Positions 51,985 to 64,000 of a stretch of 64,000 bases of DNA are shown here, one piece after another. The notes beneath the pieces are model-generated. The model worked only from the letters and a program-made list of their open reading frames with translations. It did not search any database and was not told where the DNA came from. Positions within the stretch are counted from its first letter, which is position 1. Each line of letters opens with the position of its first letter. The DNA is from Octopus vulgaris (Eukaryota): the NCBI GenBank assembly GCA_951406725.2, contig OX597817.1, forward strand, positions 140,864,001 to 140,928,000. Direction: 5' to 3'. The translations under genes were made by a program, and so were the position numbers.

Positions 51985-53146
51985 TGGATGGCGACCAAGG
52001 AAGGTTGGAGATTCTTCGGAGACAGTAGGCCCATTCTTATAAAATCTGGATATCATGCTGGAAGAAAGCAGAAGGATAAAAACTCCTCAACCATAAACCA
52101 ATTCTGAGCCATTTCACTTCTGAGTGGTGAAAGGAAAATCTTCTTTAGTACTGCCCAAAAGGGTGGCCTCGTACATAATAACTGAGAATGGATACATAAA
52201 CAGCTCTATCCAGAAAGGTGTTGCTCCGAGTCTCTCTAGATATCTGAAACACACCGGAGTTCTGAGCCAGATGATCCAAGAGGCCAAAAGGAACAAAGGT
52301 GACTTGACAGTGGTCTGGCTAGATTTGGTAAATTCGTACGGCTCAGTTGTTCAATAAAGAAATCTAGAAGTATGATCGCCATACTCCAAGAAATCTAGGA
52401 GTACAGTGATCAGGAGAGGCAAAGTAACAAACAGAATCAATTTGTAAGTGCAAAGAGAGGCTATTCCATCAACAGAGGTAAGCAAATACATCGAAAGGGG
52501 GTTGGGTATCCGTCCAAGCTTCAGTTAAATAGACTGGTACATAAGTTTTGGACAGTTCCAACTTTCTCTGTCATCTGTATTAGAGGATTTCAAGGTCGCC
52601 AAGTGTAGAGTTGTAATGATGTACAGGGACATTAGCGTGTCAGTCATGCATATATCTGTATTGGAGGAATTCAAGGTCGCAAAGTGTAGAGTTGTAATGA
52701 TGTACAGAGACATGAGCGTGTCAGTCATGCATATATCTGTATTGGAGGAATTCAAGGTCGCAAAGTGTAGAGTTGTAATGATGTACAGGGACATGAGCGT
52801 GTCAGTCATGCATATATCTGTATTGGAGGAATTCAAGGTCGCAAAGTGTAGAGTTGTAATGATGTACAGGGACATGAGCGTGTCAGTCATGCATATATCT
52901 GTATTGGAGGAATTCAAGGTCGCAAAGTGTAGAGTTGTAATGATGTACAGGGACATGAGCGTGTCAGTCATGCATATATCTGTATTGGAGGAATTCAAGG
53001 TCGCAAAGTGTAGAGTTGTAATGATGTACAGGGACATGAGCGTGTCAGACATGCAAGTATCATAACAAATTCCGGTGGGAAATGGGTGACCAGTACCGGA
53101 GACGCACACACTGAAAATATGCTGAAGCTACGCGACATTATTGGAA
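51985..53146 (+). pseudogene. HERO-type (R2-related) non-LTR retrotransposon fragment
   Basis: GYINSSIQKG...QMIQEAKRNKGDLTVVWLDLVNSYGSV; SSVLEEFKVAKCR; GGKW...ENMLKLRDIIG. Confidence 0.75.
52573..53056 (+). repeat. 81-bp minisatellite, ~6 near-identical units
   Basis: Units start at 52573, 52654, 52735, 52816, 52897, 52978. Confidence 0.95.
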
Positions 53147-53330
53147 TTATCAGGTCGTCCCTGAAGTTCTGTCCGAATTTGGAATAAAGAAAACAAGTGA
53201 TCGAATGTTATATTTAATTGATATTTAATCATCAATGTACTTTCCCTGATTATCTATGACTTCCTTCCATCTATTTACAAGCTTTTTAATCCCATCAATG
53301 TAAAACTCTTTTGGTTTCAAACTTTTTGCA
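53147..53330 (-). mobile_element. mariner 3' terminal fragment
   Basis: Minus strand GIKKLVNRWKEVIDNQGKYIDD* followed by a TIR-like end. Confidence 0.65.
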
Positions 53331-53444
53331 GAGCAGGTTCTTTTAATGTTTCTTGTTTTACCAGTTCTAAAATAACAGGTAAAAAAATTTTGATCGAATC
53401 CCTTAGCACTTGGTGGATCTCAGCTTCAATATTTGTATTAGCAA

Positions 53445-53838
53445 CTAGCAGTATCGCCCGGCGTTGCTCGGGTTTGTAAGGGAAATAACTATATAAGCAT
53501 TTTTAGAGATGTAAAGTATAATAGCCATCTCAATATGGCTAACCACAAAGTGGGGGGGGTTACTGTAGCTTTTTACGTTCTGAGATTTAATAATACATTT
53601 TAGAGAGTTACTTCCCTTATATATGCCAAAAATGCATTAAAATGGGAAAAATTGATGGTAAATTTTTTTTTAATCGTAGACTCATCGTAGACGCGCGCTA
53701 ATACCCAGAAGGGCTCGATATGAATCACGACTATAAGATACCCGGTTTTGATAAAACTTCACCGCAAAATGTGGGAGTAGTTAGGAATCTAAATCGTAGG
53801 AGACAGACAGGACACAACCTCACTTTTATATATAAAGA
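53445..53838 (-). mobile_element. Non-autonomous Helitron, copy 3
   Basis: Reverse complement of the copy 1/2 ends; A|TC...hairpin-CTAG|T. Confidence 0.9.
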
Positions 53839-54313
53839 TTACGACGTCTCCTGTCATTGCCGAGTATTCAGTTATTAGTAGTGAAAGATATGCAAAAGAT
53901 AAAGCTGATACTTATAAGGAAATTATAGCCCAAAAATTACCCAGCGTTGCAAACAATTCGCTGTATATACTGAGATTCCAGATTTTGAACAAAATATTTT
54001 CAAGAGTAGTTTATGGTCAGTTTGAAGATGGAACATTCTACCATATATCATGGGAAGGAATTTTATTTTACAGCATAAACAAGTGCCACTGCTTCCTTTT
54101 CTATTTGTGAATATTTCTTTTCAACTTTCCATAGACTTTTTGAAGTAGGCATAAACTGGCTTATGTGAGCCATCCACCGTTTTATGCAAGAGTACTGCTC
54201 CTATTCCATAATCTGACGCATCTACAGCAACGATAATTTCTTTACTTGGTTTCAGCAACGATAATCTCTTTACCCGTGTGTGTTTGTGAGTGTGTGTGTG
54301 TGTATGTATGTAT

Positions 54314-54731
54314 ACTCTTACTCTTTTACTCTTTTACTTGTTTCAGTCATTTGACTGCGGCCATGCTGGAGCACCGCCTTTAGTCGGGCAAATCGACCCC
54401 GGTAAGCCCAGTACTTATTCTGTCGGTTTCTTTTTGCCGAACCGCTAAGTTACGGGGACGTAAACATACCAGCATCGTTTGTCAAGCAATGCTAGAGGGA
54501 CAAACACAGACACGCGAACATATACACACACACATACATACATATATATACATATATATACATATATACGACAGGCTTCTTTCAGTTTCCGTCTACCAAA
54601 TCCACTCACAAGGCTTTGGTCGGCCCGAGGCTATAGCAGAAGACACTTGCCCAAGATGCCACGCAGTGGGACTGAACCCGGAACCATGTGGTTGGTTAGC
54701 AAGCTACTTACCACACAGCCACTCCTGCGCC

Positions 54732-54732
<1 letters not shown>
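54314..54732 (-). mobile_element. SINE family B
   Basis: Full-length family B sequence. Confidence 0.9.
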
Positions 54733-54763
<31 letters not shown>

Positions 54764-55304
54764 TGTATGTATGTATGTATGTATGTATGTATGTATGTAT
54801 GTATGTATGTATGTGTGAGTGTACTTATATTTATCCAAGTGAGTCTGTAGATAATCACGAAAGTATCTGTCTGTATGTAAATCTTCAGTCGGCATGTACA
54901 GAGTGTAATAAATAAATGTGAGAACATGCAACAAAGTTTGCATTTAGATGTGTGTGCGTGTGTGTATAAACTGTGCGTGCATGCATGACACTACATTCCA
55001 GTTAAGACGTGCTTTCAGTGAAAGCAAGCTGGGGAGTAATGAAATGATGGTCTCGATATAGAATAGACAGCTCTGTCTTGGCTGCATGTCTATAAACAGC
55101 TGCCTGACTACAAGAGTGTGTGATCAAAGCTACAAGCTGTATATCACAATTTAATTGAGCTGTCTGACTACAAGGTCTTCATCAAAGTTCCTAGCTGTGT
55201 TACCGTTTAAATTTTGGACCATCGTATAACTGTCAGCTGTCTGGTCAACGGTGAACTGTACCAGCTGTCAGAAATGTTATGTGAGCTGCAGGCTGCTGCA
55301 ATGA

Positions 55305-55375
<71 letters not shown>

Positions 55376-56962
55376 CCAGGATTGAGACACCTGACGACTA
55401 TTGGCGAGTTTTAACTGAACAAAATTTATTCAGATATAAATATTTAAATACATCTCATCACTAAAGATGAAGTTAATAATCCAGAGAATGTTTAATCAGG
55501 GAAAGAAGGGAATATTTCTTTAGATATGTAGTCACAATGGTCAAATAGAATGAAATATGAATATCTAGAAAAGAAATCGGGTTGCTTTGCGGAGACATAT
55601 TTCTAATGAATTTGTATTTTTATCGAACAGATTTTATGTTTTGTTTGTCTGAAAGAAGGAAAGAAGAAAGACTTCATAGATTTGAACCAAAAGCCAAATT
55701 AACGGATCTACTATGAGAATCAGGCAATGGCAACTGGAATGGGTGATCTATATATGAGAGTGAATTATATTTAAAACCCTAAAGACTTTATAAACTGACC
55801 AACAGCTTCATCTCAGACTAGTTCCAGTGGAACCGTGTCAGTGACCAGGCCGCAGTTAGTGTGACGAAAATTATGATACAAAACAATTAAGCGAAGTTAA
55901 CAGTGTTTGCGTATTTTTGAATGACTGATATGTATCTTCCACGCCGTAATTGCCACTACATATTGGTTTTCGTGAAATTAATTTTATTTTCGTAAAAACC
56001 ATAACTTGCCAAGTTACTTGGAAGACAAAAAAAAATGAAAAAACATTTTTAAAAAGTCAATTTCGATAGCGAAAAAAAATTACTTAGTGAATCATTGTTT
56101 TTGGAATATTTGAACTTTGAATCGGTAGAACATGGTCAGCTGTGATTAATTAGTGAATATAGTTATGAGAATATAAGATTTCTCTTATTGGTACAAGGTC
56201 AAGGTCGCATATTTGTATCGATCCTAATTTTTTACTGATATATTTTTCTATCAATTGTACGTAGGACTAAAGAATCCACAATCCAGGTAAACGAAAAATC
56301 ACTGATGTTGCGATTAGCCGCCCGACTGAATAAAAATCCATTATATGCAAAAAAAAGTAGTACTAGGTTAACGCATCCATAAGGGATTTGAATCCCGAAC
56401 GAATGCGTAGTTAATTTACCTTTAGCACTTTTTCTGCATCGAGTATGATATACAGATAGCTATTTTAGTCTAATATTGCTTTTGTTTCATAGAACGGTTT
56501 TTTTTTCTCTCTCTAATTTGCACCTAGTTTCTGCTTCTGGATTTCAAAGTATGTTCTGTGGTAGAGGTAAACCGTTCTTTTACTCGTCTCTCTAGAAGTC
56601 TTACATTATATTTGAATGAATACATCGTTGTCACCTTTGTCTAATGACATCAGAATCGTTATACATACATCTCCCACCGCTAGTATTACACAATCTAGTA
56701 TTTTCTGGAATTACACAGCACATTATGTTTCTCCTTTTATCGACTCTGAAGCTTGTTATGTCGTGTATAGGTTGAGTGAAAACAATTTTTCTACATTTTT
56801 AAGAAATTCATGTTCGAACGAACCACTTCTTGAATGCAATGAATTCTCTGCAAATAAAAACTCCTCAACATCACTTTTAGTCTTCGTCCTAGCCTCACTA
56901 ATCTCCTGCAATAACTTCCAAAAACCTTCTCGTTGTCACATCCTTGATGTTCCATTGAGATA

Positions 56963-57440
56963 AAGTTTGCCCCAGGGATTTTTCAGCAGCTAATGGATAT
57001 TATGCTTGCGGCTTTTTTCATATGCCTTTGCGTACCTCGATGAAATTATCATTGCTTCATCAACTGAATCTGAACATAAAAAAAAAAAAACATTTAAGGA
57101 ATCCCTTGAAACAAATTAAGGAATATAGTCTTTGTCGAAAATCAGAAAAATACCAACTTTTTCTTCCTCAATTAGCATATTTAGGTTTTGTTGTGAATAA
57201 AGATGGACGTTTTCCAGATTCTGAAAAAAAAAAAAACCCAGCAATTACCACCACCCACAGACTTAACTAAACTACGTTCTTTTTTAGGAATGGTTAGTTA
57301 TTACAGCTCATTTATACCTAACATGCATCAAATAAAGGGTCCACTAAACTCGTTACTTGTTCGCAACGCAAAATGGGACTAGTCTCCACAATGTCAAGAA
57401 ATATTCGAGAAATTCAAAGAAATACTATCTTCTGATCTGA
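56963..57440 (+). pseudogene. Gypsy/Ty3 LTR-retrotransposon RT fragment
   Basis: PGIFQQLMD...AYLDEIII, AYLGFVV, LRSFLGMVSYYSSFIPN. Confidence 0.85.
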
Positions 57441-57566
57441 CTAACTCCTTATACATACATTATATATAGACACACATACATAAATATACACATATACATA
57501 TATATACACACACACACACACCCATACATATAAATGGACAGTGTACAGAGGAATTGCATTAGGCAG

Positions 57567-57732
57567 GGAAAATTCCAACGTTTCTTACAGAATTTCTTCT
57601 TCAAGAAAAACTTGACAGGAGTGAAATTTAAAAAGACAGCAGAGTTTTACATCTGTTTGAGCAAATGTCTTTGATTTCACTCCTGTCAGCTTTCCTTTGA
57701 AGAAGGACTTTGTCCGAAAAGTTGGATTTTCC
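57567..57732. repeat. Imperfect inverted repeat with a hammerhead-like motif in each arm
   Basis: 57567-57638 vs 57666-57732; ttgaaga-a-ggac-ttt-gtcc-gaaaagttgg on +, cttgaagaag..gaaacgttgg on -. Confidence 0.6.
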
Positions 57733-57825
57733 ACTCCCCGAGGTAATTTCATTGTGATCTGTCGACTTTGCAAGAGATTTGCCAACGCAGACTACCACCA
57801 GTCTCTTTGGATTCCATTTTGAGTA

Positions 57826-57860
<35 letters not shown>

Positions 57861-57862
57861 CT

Positions 57863-58180
57863 ACACGTGGCTTAGTGGTTCGGGTAACGGCTCACGATCC
57901 TAAGGCCGTGAGTTCCATTCCCCCGGCGGTGTGTTGTGTCCTGGAGCAAGACATTTTATTTCACGTTGTTCCAGTCCCCTCAGCTGGCAAAAAAATGAGT
58001 TGTACCTGTAATTCAAGAGGGACCAACCTTGTCGCATTCTGTGTTACGCTAATTCTCCCTGAGAACAACGTTAAGGGTACACGTGTCTGTAAAGTGCTCA
58101 GCTACTTACACGTTAATTTCATGAACCGACTATTCCGTTGATTGGATAAAGAGGAACACTCCTCATCGTAACTGACGTAA
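57863..58180 (+). mobile_element. tRNA-derived SINE (family E)
   Basis: A box tggcttagtgg, B box gagttccattcc, then gttgtgtcctggagcaagacattttatttcac. Confidence 0.7.
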
Positions 58181-58286
58181 CTGACACGTAACTTTATTCC
58201 ATTCTTGACCACAGCTACCCGAAGAACGGAAACGTGAAACTCTGAAGAACAGTTTTTGTAAAGTTTTTGCAGCTTTAATAAAAAAA

Positions 58287-58359
<73 letters not shown>

Positions 58360-58437
58360 AGAGAGTATAACTCCAAGCTACAGGGAAAAATTCAATTTAG
58401 TATTAAATCAAATTTCACAATATAAATATATAAAATG

Positions 58438-58677
58438 TAAATTAGAGATAAAGCCACTATTATGCAACTCAAACAGTGATAGATGACATAAACCAATACA
58501 TAAATAACAAGTAATATATATAATTAATATATATATATATATATGTTTTTACTTATATTTATCATTCATTTTATACTTTTTGAAAAGAAAAATTAATTAT
58601 ATATATTACTTGTTATTTACGTATTGGTTTATGTCGTCTATCACTGTTTGAGTTGCATAATAGTGGTTTTATCTCTA

Positions 58678-58682
<5 letters not shown>
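58438..58682. repeat. Hairpin element (91-bp arms, 3 mismatches), relative of 36698-36945
   Basis: 58438-58528 vs 58592-58682; flanked by (TA)n. Confidence 0.9.
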
Positions 58683-58730
<48 letters not shown>

Positions 58731-61700
58731 ACTGCTTGTACAACGCTGCATTCACTTTTGTTTCATATTTCCCATTCTGTGCAACATTTCTTAAGTCAAA
58801 ATGGAAGCCCTGTTGGTAACAATAAATTTGCCATTCAGAAGTTGGCAGAGTCACTACTAACCCACTATTAGCAAGTGGGGGTTATTATATTCTCATTCTC
58901 TATATATTACAGAATAAAACTACCTTTAAATGCATCCTGCATTTCGCATTTGAATATTTGATTTTCTACAATAGAAACAGACAGGCGGAAAGCCATAATC
59001 GCTCCTAATGGGGAGGCTGCACGAAGTGGGTTTCGTAGAGTAAAATACTCATATTGAAGGAAAAGAGGTCCAAGGGTACGTTTTCTAAGGGAGAGCAGGG
59101 CCAAGTATCACAGTTGGGTTTGGGAGATAATACACAGTTGCAATATTTGCAATATTCCAGTGAAGGCTTGTTTGTGTCCGCCCAATACCTTTCTTCTTAA
59201 CTAACATAGTAGTATATAAAAAGTCATTCCTTATATAACAATATATTTGGAATGTTGCAAGATAGTATTTTGGCAAGTATACGCCATTGGATATGAAGGA
59301 GTCTGATAGTTTTTCATCATCACTATTTTTACGAGTGTTTTCCTTGCTAGCTTAGGTTGAGGAGTCATTATAGTGCGACTTGGTGCTTATTCGGAGTTAC
59401 TGCCCCTCTTAGATAGGTCAGGGGTGTCCCACTTGTGCTTTTCGACAGTTGTATGCCTTTCCTATCACTCATTTTCCAGAGTGTTCTGGGTGCATTTTAT
59501 CATGACACCAACACTAGGAAAGTTGTTATGTCCTCAACAAGACAAGACTAAAAGCTCTCCTTCACTCTATTCCATCATCATTCAATCATCAATCCCTTTA
59601 TTGTGTATTGGGTGTTTATCTTTATTGTGTATTTATCTTGGCACCGGCACCAGAGAGGTTACAGAGCCATTGACAAATATAATATAAATTCACCTACATA
59701 TATATGGGTAGGTGAGTATCTTTTTCTGGGTGTACCAGTAGAAGCTGTCTCACTGAGGAGTCCAATAAGACTGGAACATGTCCAGGGTTGTCACTCCTGC
59801 TTTGACCAGAATTAATAAAGTTAATTTTTGTCTTTATTGTACCTGTAATTTTAATTAACACATATTGGCTCATTACATTAACAAAGATAACACTGACTTC
59901 GTACCACTTTACCATTTAACTCAGTAACAGAGTTGACACCAACACAGACGTCGATAATGTTTCAATGTAGAGAGAAGTTCGCTTGCCAAATGTGTCCTGT
60001 TCTTAAGCAAATTACTCTCTGAAATTCATGTCTTGCCAAATAACATTTACAAGAGGTAAAAAAAAAAACCAGTGTATTCAGATATCAAAAGTTTATTTTT
60101 ACAGAATCATTGGCTAGTAGCCAGCACACGTACACACGATATATTATATATATATATATATCGTTCCGTTTCATTTCATTACATTTCATTTCTTCCATGC
60201 CAGCTGTTCTAGATTATTTTCATAAAACATTGTAAACTGAATTCAGCATCTACTAGTTTTAATTTAAATGAAGTGCGCTGAACCACACCAAAACAAAACC
60301 CAACTGTGTGTGTAATTACATATAGAGAGGTACATTATTATATTATCATATAGTATTATATATCTGTATGTACGAGTGAGTATTATATACATGTGAGGGA
60401 GATAGTCATAATAGTAGTATAACTAGAAACAAGTTAATTATCGGTTCCATGAAACAATACGACCAATATAAAGCTAAAGTATAATTTTTATATTCATTAT
60501 TGATATTCTGCTGACGCTGCTGAATTCCTTCTTTAATGGCTGTGGCAAATAGGTCCAGTACTAGCAGCAAATGTAGGACTTAGAACAATTACAATTTACG
60601 TTGTATTCATTAATAAATGCCTTGTCATTTGGGTCTTGTTGTTGCTAACATGGACGAGGAGTGAGATGGGAGTAGAGATTTCACAAATACAAAACATTTT
60701 GATGTATCTTCGGAGTAATTTTCTTTTCACAGCTGAAGTGAGAGAGAGAGAGAGAGACAGAGAGACAGACAGAGAAAGAGCAGCTGTTGTAAATTGATCG
60801 TATGACAAAGCAGTCTGCAGCCAGACTCTTCGTGATTTTGGTCTGTCAAGAAAAAAGAAAATATGATGTGTGACAATGCCAAGAGATTGCTTATTCCATT
60901 CCACGATTCTTTACTGAATGGCAAGAAATTATATTAACTGAGTTAAGAACATTGACGAAGAACACACACACACACAATAAACATTTTCCCTCATCACTAC
61001 AAAAGCCCAACTTTAAAGAGAACAAGGCTGTGGTTAACAAAAATAGTGATTTCAATAAACAGGACTAGTAATAATGGCTTCTGATTTAGGGAGAAGGGGT
61101 GCAGTTTTAGGGGGTGGGAGTTATTTGAAACTATCAACCCCAATATTTGACAGAGACTTCCTTTTGTCAGTCCCAGAGAAATGGAAAGTAAAGTTGATCT
61201 CGGTAGAATTGCAATGAAGAATGGAAAGAGCTGAAAAAAACCCAAGCTTTTGTGAAGGGCGTGGGGCGTTGTTTAATGTCCCAACGACTCTATCAACCCA
61301 CCAAATTTAATAGCAATAATTGTTTTTAACATTGATACAAAGCTGGAAGTTTTGAGGGGAAGGGATATTCGTTTAGATCAAACCTTGATTAGTATTTTGT
61401 TTCGGTGATCCTGGAAGAATGAAAAGAAAAGTTGACAGGAACTGAACTCAGGGTATAGGGTACTGTAACTAAAGGTTGTCCAACACTAATGATTCTACCA
61501 ATCTACCTTACTTTGACCACTCAAATATATAGAAAATGCTTATAAACATGCAGGTGTGTACATACACAATAAAGAGCAGGGAACCCATCAAACAAAACAT
61601 TAAAAATTATATACACAAAGACAGCCACAAAAGTTGTGGGCATTTTCAGTGAGGAAGGGTCAGAGCAGCTCAAGACCCTCAATCACCTGCTGCTCCAGGT

Positions 61701-61890
61701 ACATGCCCTCTCCAGTATTATGAAAGAATGACAGAAAAGAAGTGGTGTAAATCTACACTACAACTGGCGTGTGACTGACAAAGCAACTTGAAGAGCTGGA
61801 AATGGAGATAAGCAAAATGTAGGGGTTGAAAACAGAGACAATTCCTATAAAAAGGGGCTTTGGGAGGGACATAAATATCTGTATACAAAT

Positions 61891-62283
61891 GGGTGCAGGC
61901 ATGGCTTGGTCAGATGGCTTCAGGTTCAGTCCCACTGCATGGTAGCTAGAACAAGTTTCTTCTACTATAGCCCCAGGTCAACCAATGCTTTGTGAGTGAA
62001 TCTGGCAAATGGAAACTGCATAGAAGCCCATCGTATATATGCGTGTACATCTCTTTGCTTTGACTTTGCGTAACAGATGTAAATCAGAATCACTGTCATA
62101 CAGACAGTGGTCTTCATTCCCAATCTACCTTGAAAAACATGCCTGGGCATAGGAAATATTACCTTAATTGGAAATAGGTGAGGGTTAGCAACAGAGAGAG
62201 CATCCAGCCATAGAAAAATCCACCTTAATAAATTCTGACCAATGCAAGTATGGAAAAGTGAACGGTAAAAGGATGATGATGAA
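61891..62283 (+). mobile_element. Old SINE with a family B head and RTE-type (GAT)n tail
   Basis: ggttcagtcccactgc...ttctactatagcccc...gcatccagccatagaaa...ggatgatgatg. Confidence 0.6.
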
Positions 62284-63280
62284 ATACATAACAAAATCCC
62301 AAGACTTAGACAACATACAGGAAACATTATTAATAAGTATCACACTCATAGACTAGTGTGAATACAACAGAAAATACCGGAGTCCAAGGCCCACAAAGCT
62401 GTGCTCAGTAACAAACTGAAAGTAGACAAAATTAATTGTACTCAGTAATACTGTTTCTATTTAAGGAATAAGGTCAGTAATTTGGAGAGAAGAATGTCTT
62501 TTTAGTCAATACTATCAACCCCAGTACATAACTGGTACTTTATTTCATCAATCCTGAAAAGATGAAAAACAAAGATAACCTTTGCAAAATTTAAACTCGG
62601 AATGTAGAGACAAAAACAAATACAGTAAGGCATTTTGTCTGACGTTCTAACAATACTACCAATAGGAACAAGACAACAAAATTCTTAAAAGTGGTATACA
62701 ATCAGGCAACCCAAGAATATGACTGGTACACATTCTTTCTGGGTAGAGAAGGATATAAAACACGACAAGGTGGTTAAATGTCCCCTTCACAACTTTAGTT
62801 TTTGCTTTGAACACTTTGCACAGTATTTTGGGTAAGGTGTTTTTACCCTAACTTTAGGATAATGTAAATTTTGTCAGTGAAATTTGAACCAGTCTGGTAG
62901 GTCAAAGATAAGAACCATTCCTATTCTTGCTGGACTTAACCCATTGGCCAGTTGAAAAGCCAGCACCACCACCACCTCATCGGTGGGTGTCTGTAACAGA
63001 GCTCGATCTGGAGATAACTTGCTGCCTTCCACATTTATATAAAATTACATACACACACAACATAACTGTGGAAGCATCAAGAAATATCTAAGCTTTATTA
63101 ACGATGTAATATATTAGGTTAACAACTGGTTGGAGGGAAAAGAAGCAGGAAGCTGGCTGTGGACGATAAACCAAGCATCTTCTGCATCTGCAGGCAGCTT
63201 CTTGCCTTTTGCCTCCCAAGGATCAAAGCTATCATATACAGCTGAATTTGCCTCATTAACACACACACACATACACACAC

Positions 63281-63560
63281 ATCATCATCATCATCGTTTA
63301 ATGTCCGCTTTCCATGCTGGCATGGGTTGGACGTATGACCGAGGGCTGGCAAACCAGATGGCTGCACCAGGCTTCAATTTTGATCTGGCAGAGTTTCTAC
63401 AGCTGGATGCCCTTCCTAACGCCAACCAGTCCTAGAGTGCAGTGGGTGCTTTTATGTGCCACCAGCACGGGGCCAGTCAGGCAGCACTGGCAACAACTTC
63501 GCTCAAATCTTTTACACGTGCCACCGGTGCAGGTGCCAGTAAGGCGATGCTGGTAACGAT
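63281..63560 (-). mobile_element. SINE 3' module with RTE-type tail
   Basis: Reverse complement of the 14910-15120 type. Confidence 0.7.
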
Positions 63561-63594
63561 CCCGACACACGCACACAAACATGTATACATACAG

Positions 63595-63628
<34 letters not shown>

Positions 63629-64000
63629 GCACACATAAATGAAGAGCAATACTACATTGGAGTAAAACGTAGGCTGTAAATGTAGGCTGAACATGCAAAA
63701 ACTAGAAATAAATTAAGGGTGCATGCTCTGCTGGATGTGCAACACCAATATGCACCATGACAAAGTGCAGGAGGGTATAGGAGGCATCAAAAGTAGTGTG
63801 ATGTGTATGGATGAAGACAGTTGCAGAAAGAGGTACTGGTCATTAAATGCTGATGGAACCTGTAGGAGGGAGGTTCAGGAAGCTGTCCAGACAAAGTAGC
63901 GAAAACCAATGTCAGGTTATTGAGCCTCACAAAAGAGATGACAAAAGACTGAGATGATTAGCAATTCACCATGCTTGAGAAAACTCATCCACCTCAGCAA

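Noticed and set aside
52573-53056. Possible CRISPR-like array
   Set aside because: Contiguous identical units with no unique spacers; eukaryotic context; no cas genes
56616-56963. 115-aa non-repetitive ORF as a host exon
   Set aside because: No recognisable domain or convincing splice context
58900-59280. Possible PLE remnants (IGRTQTSL, SPLGAIMA)
   Set aside because: Motifs are short and in the wrong order for RT followed by endonuclease

Overview
Eukaryotic, AT-rich, microsatellite-saturated non-coding DNA made almost entirely of transposon debris. The SINE families and microsatellite load look like a coleoid cephalopod (octopus-like) genome; this is recognition from memory, not a database result. 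I could not support any host protein-coding exon, rRNA, true tRNA or CRISPR array, and nearly all ORF-track entries are microsatellite translations. Contents: an uninterrupted, 5'-truncated Dong/R4 (RT + restriction-like endonuclease) LINE in a (TAA)n tract; further Dong/R4 relics, including a (CATA)n-associated RLE family; a near full-length degenerate RTE LINE; HERO, Penelope, Gypsy, Tc1 and mariner relics; non-autonomous Helitrons; a TIR MITE; and at least four tRNA-derived SINE families. Most interesting: (i) a ~555-bp non-coding, non-tRNA retroposon found only in (TAA)n tracts and co-oriented with the intact Dong LINE, a candidate Dong-mobilised partner; (ii) Helitrons with constant ends and different internal cassettes; (iii) long hairpin elements whose arms match within but not between copies; (iv) Penelope-type hammerhead ribozyme motifs, one split by a SINE in its stem-II loop.
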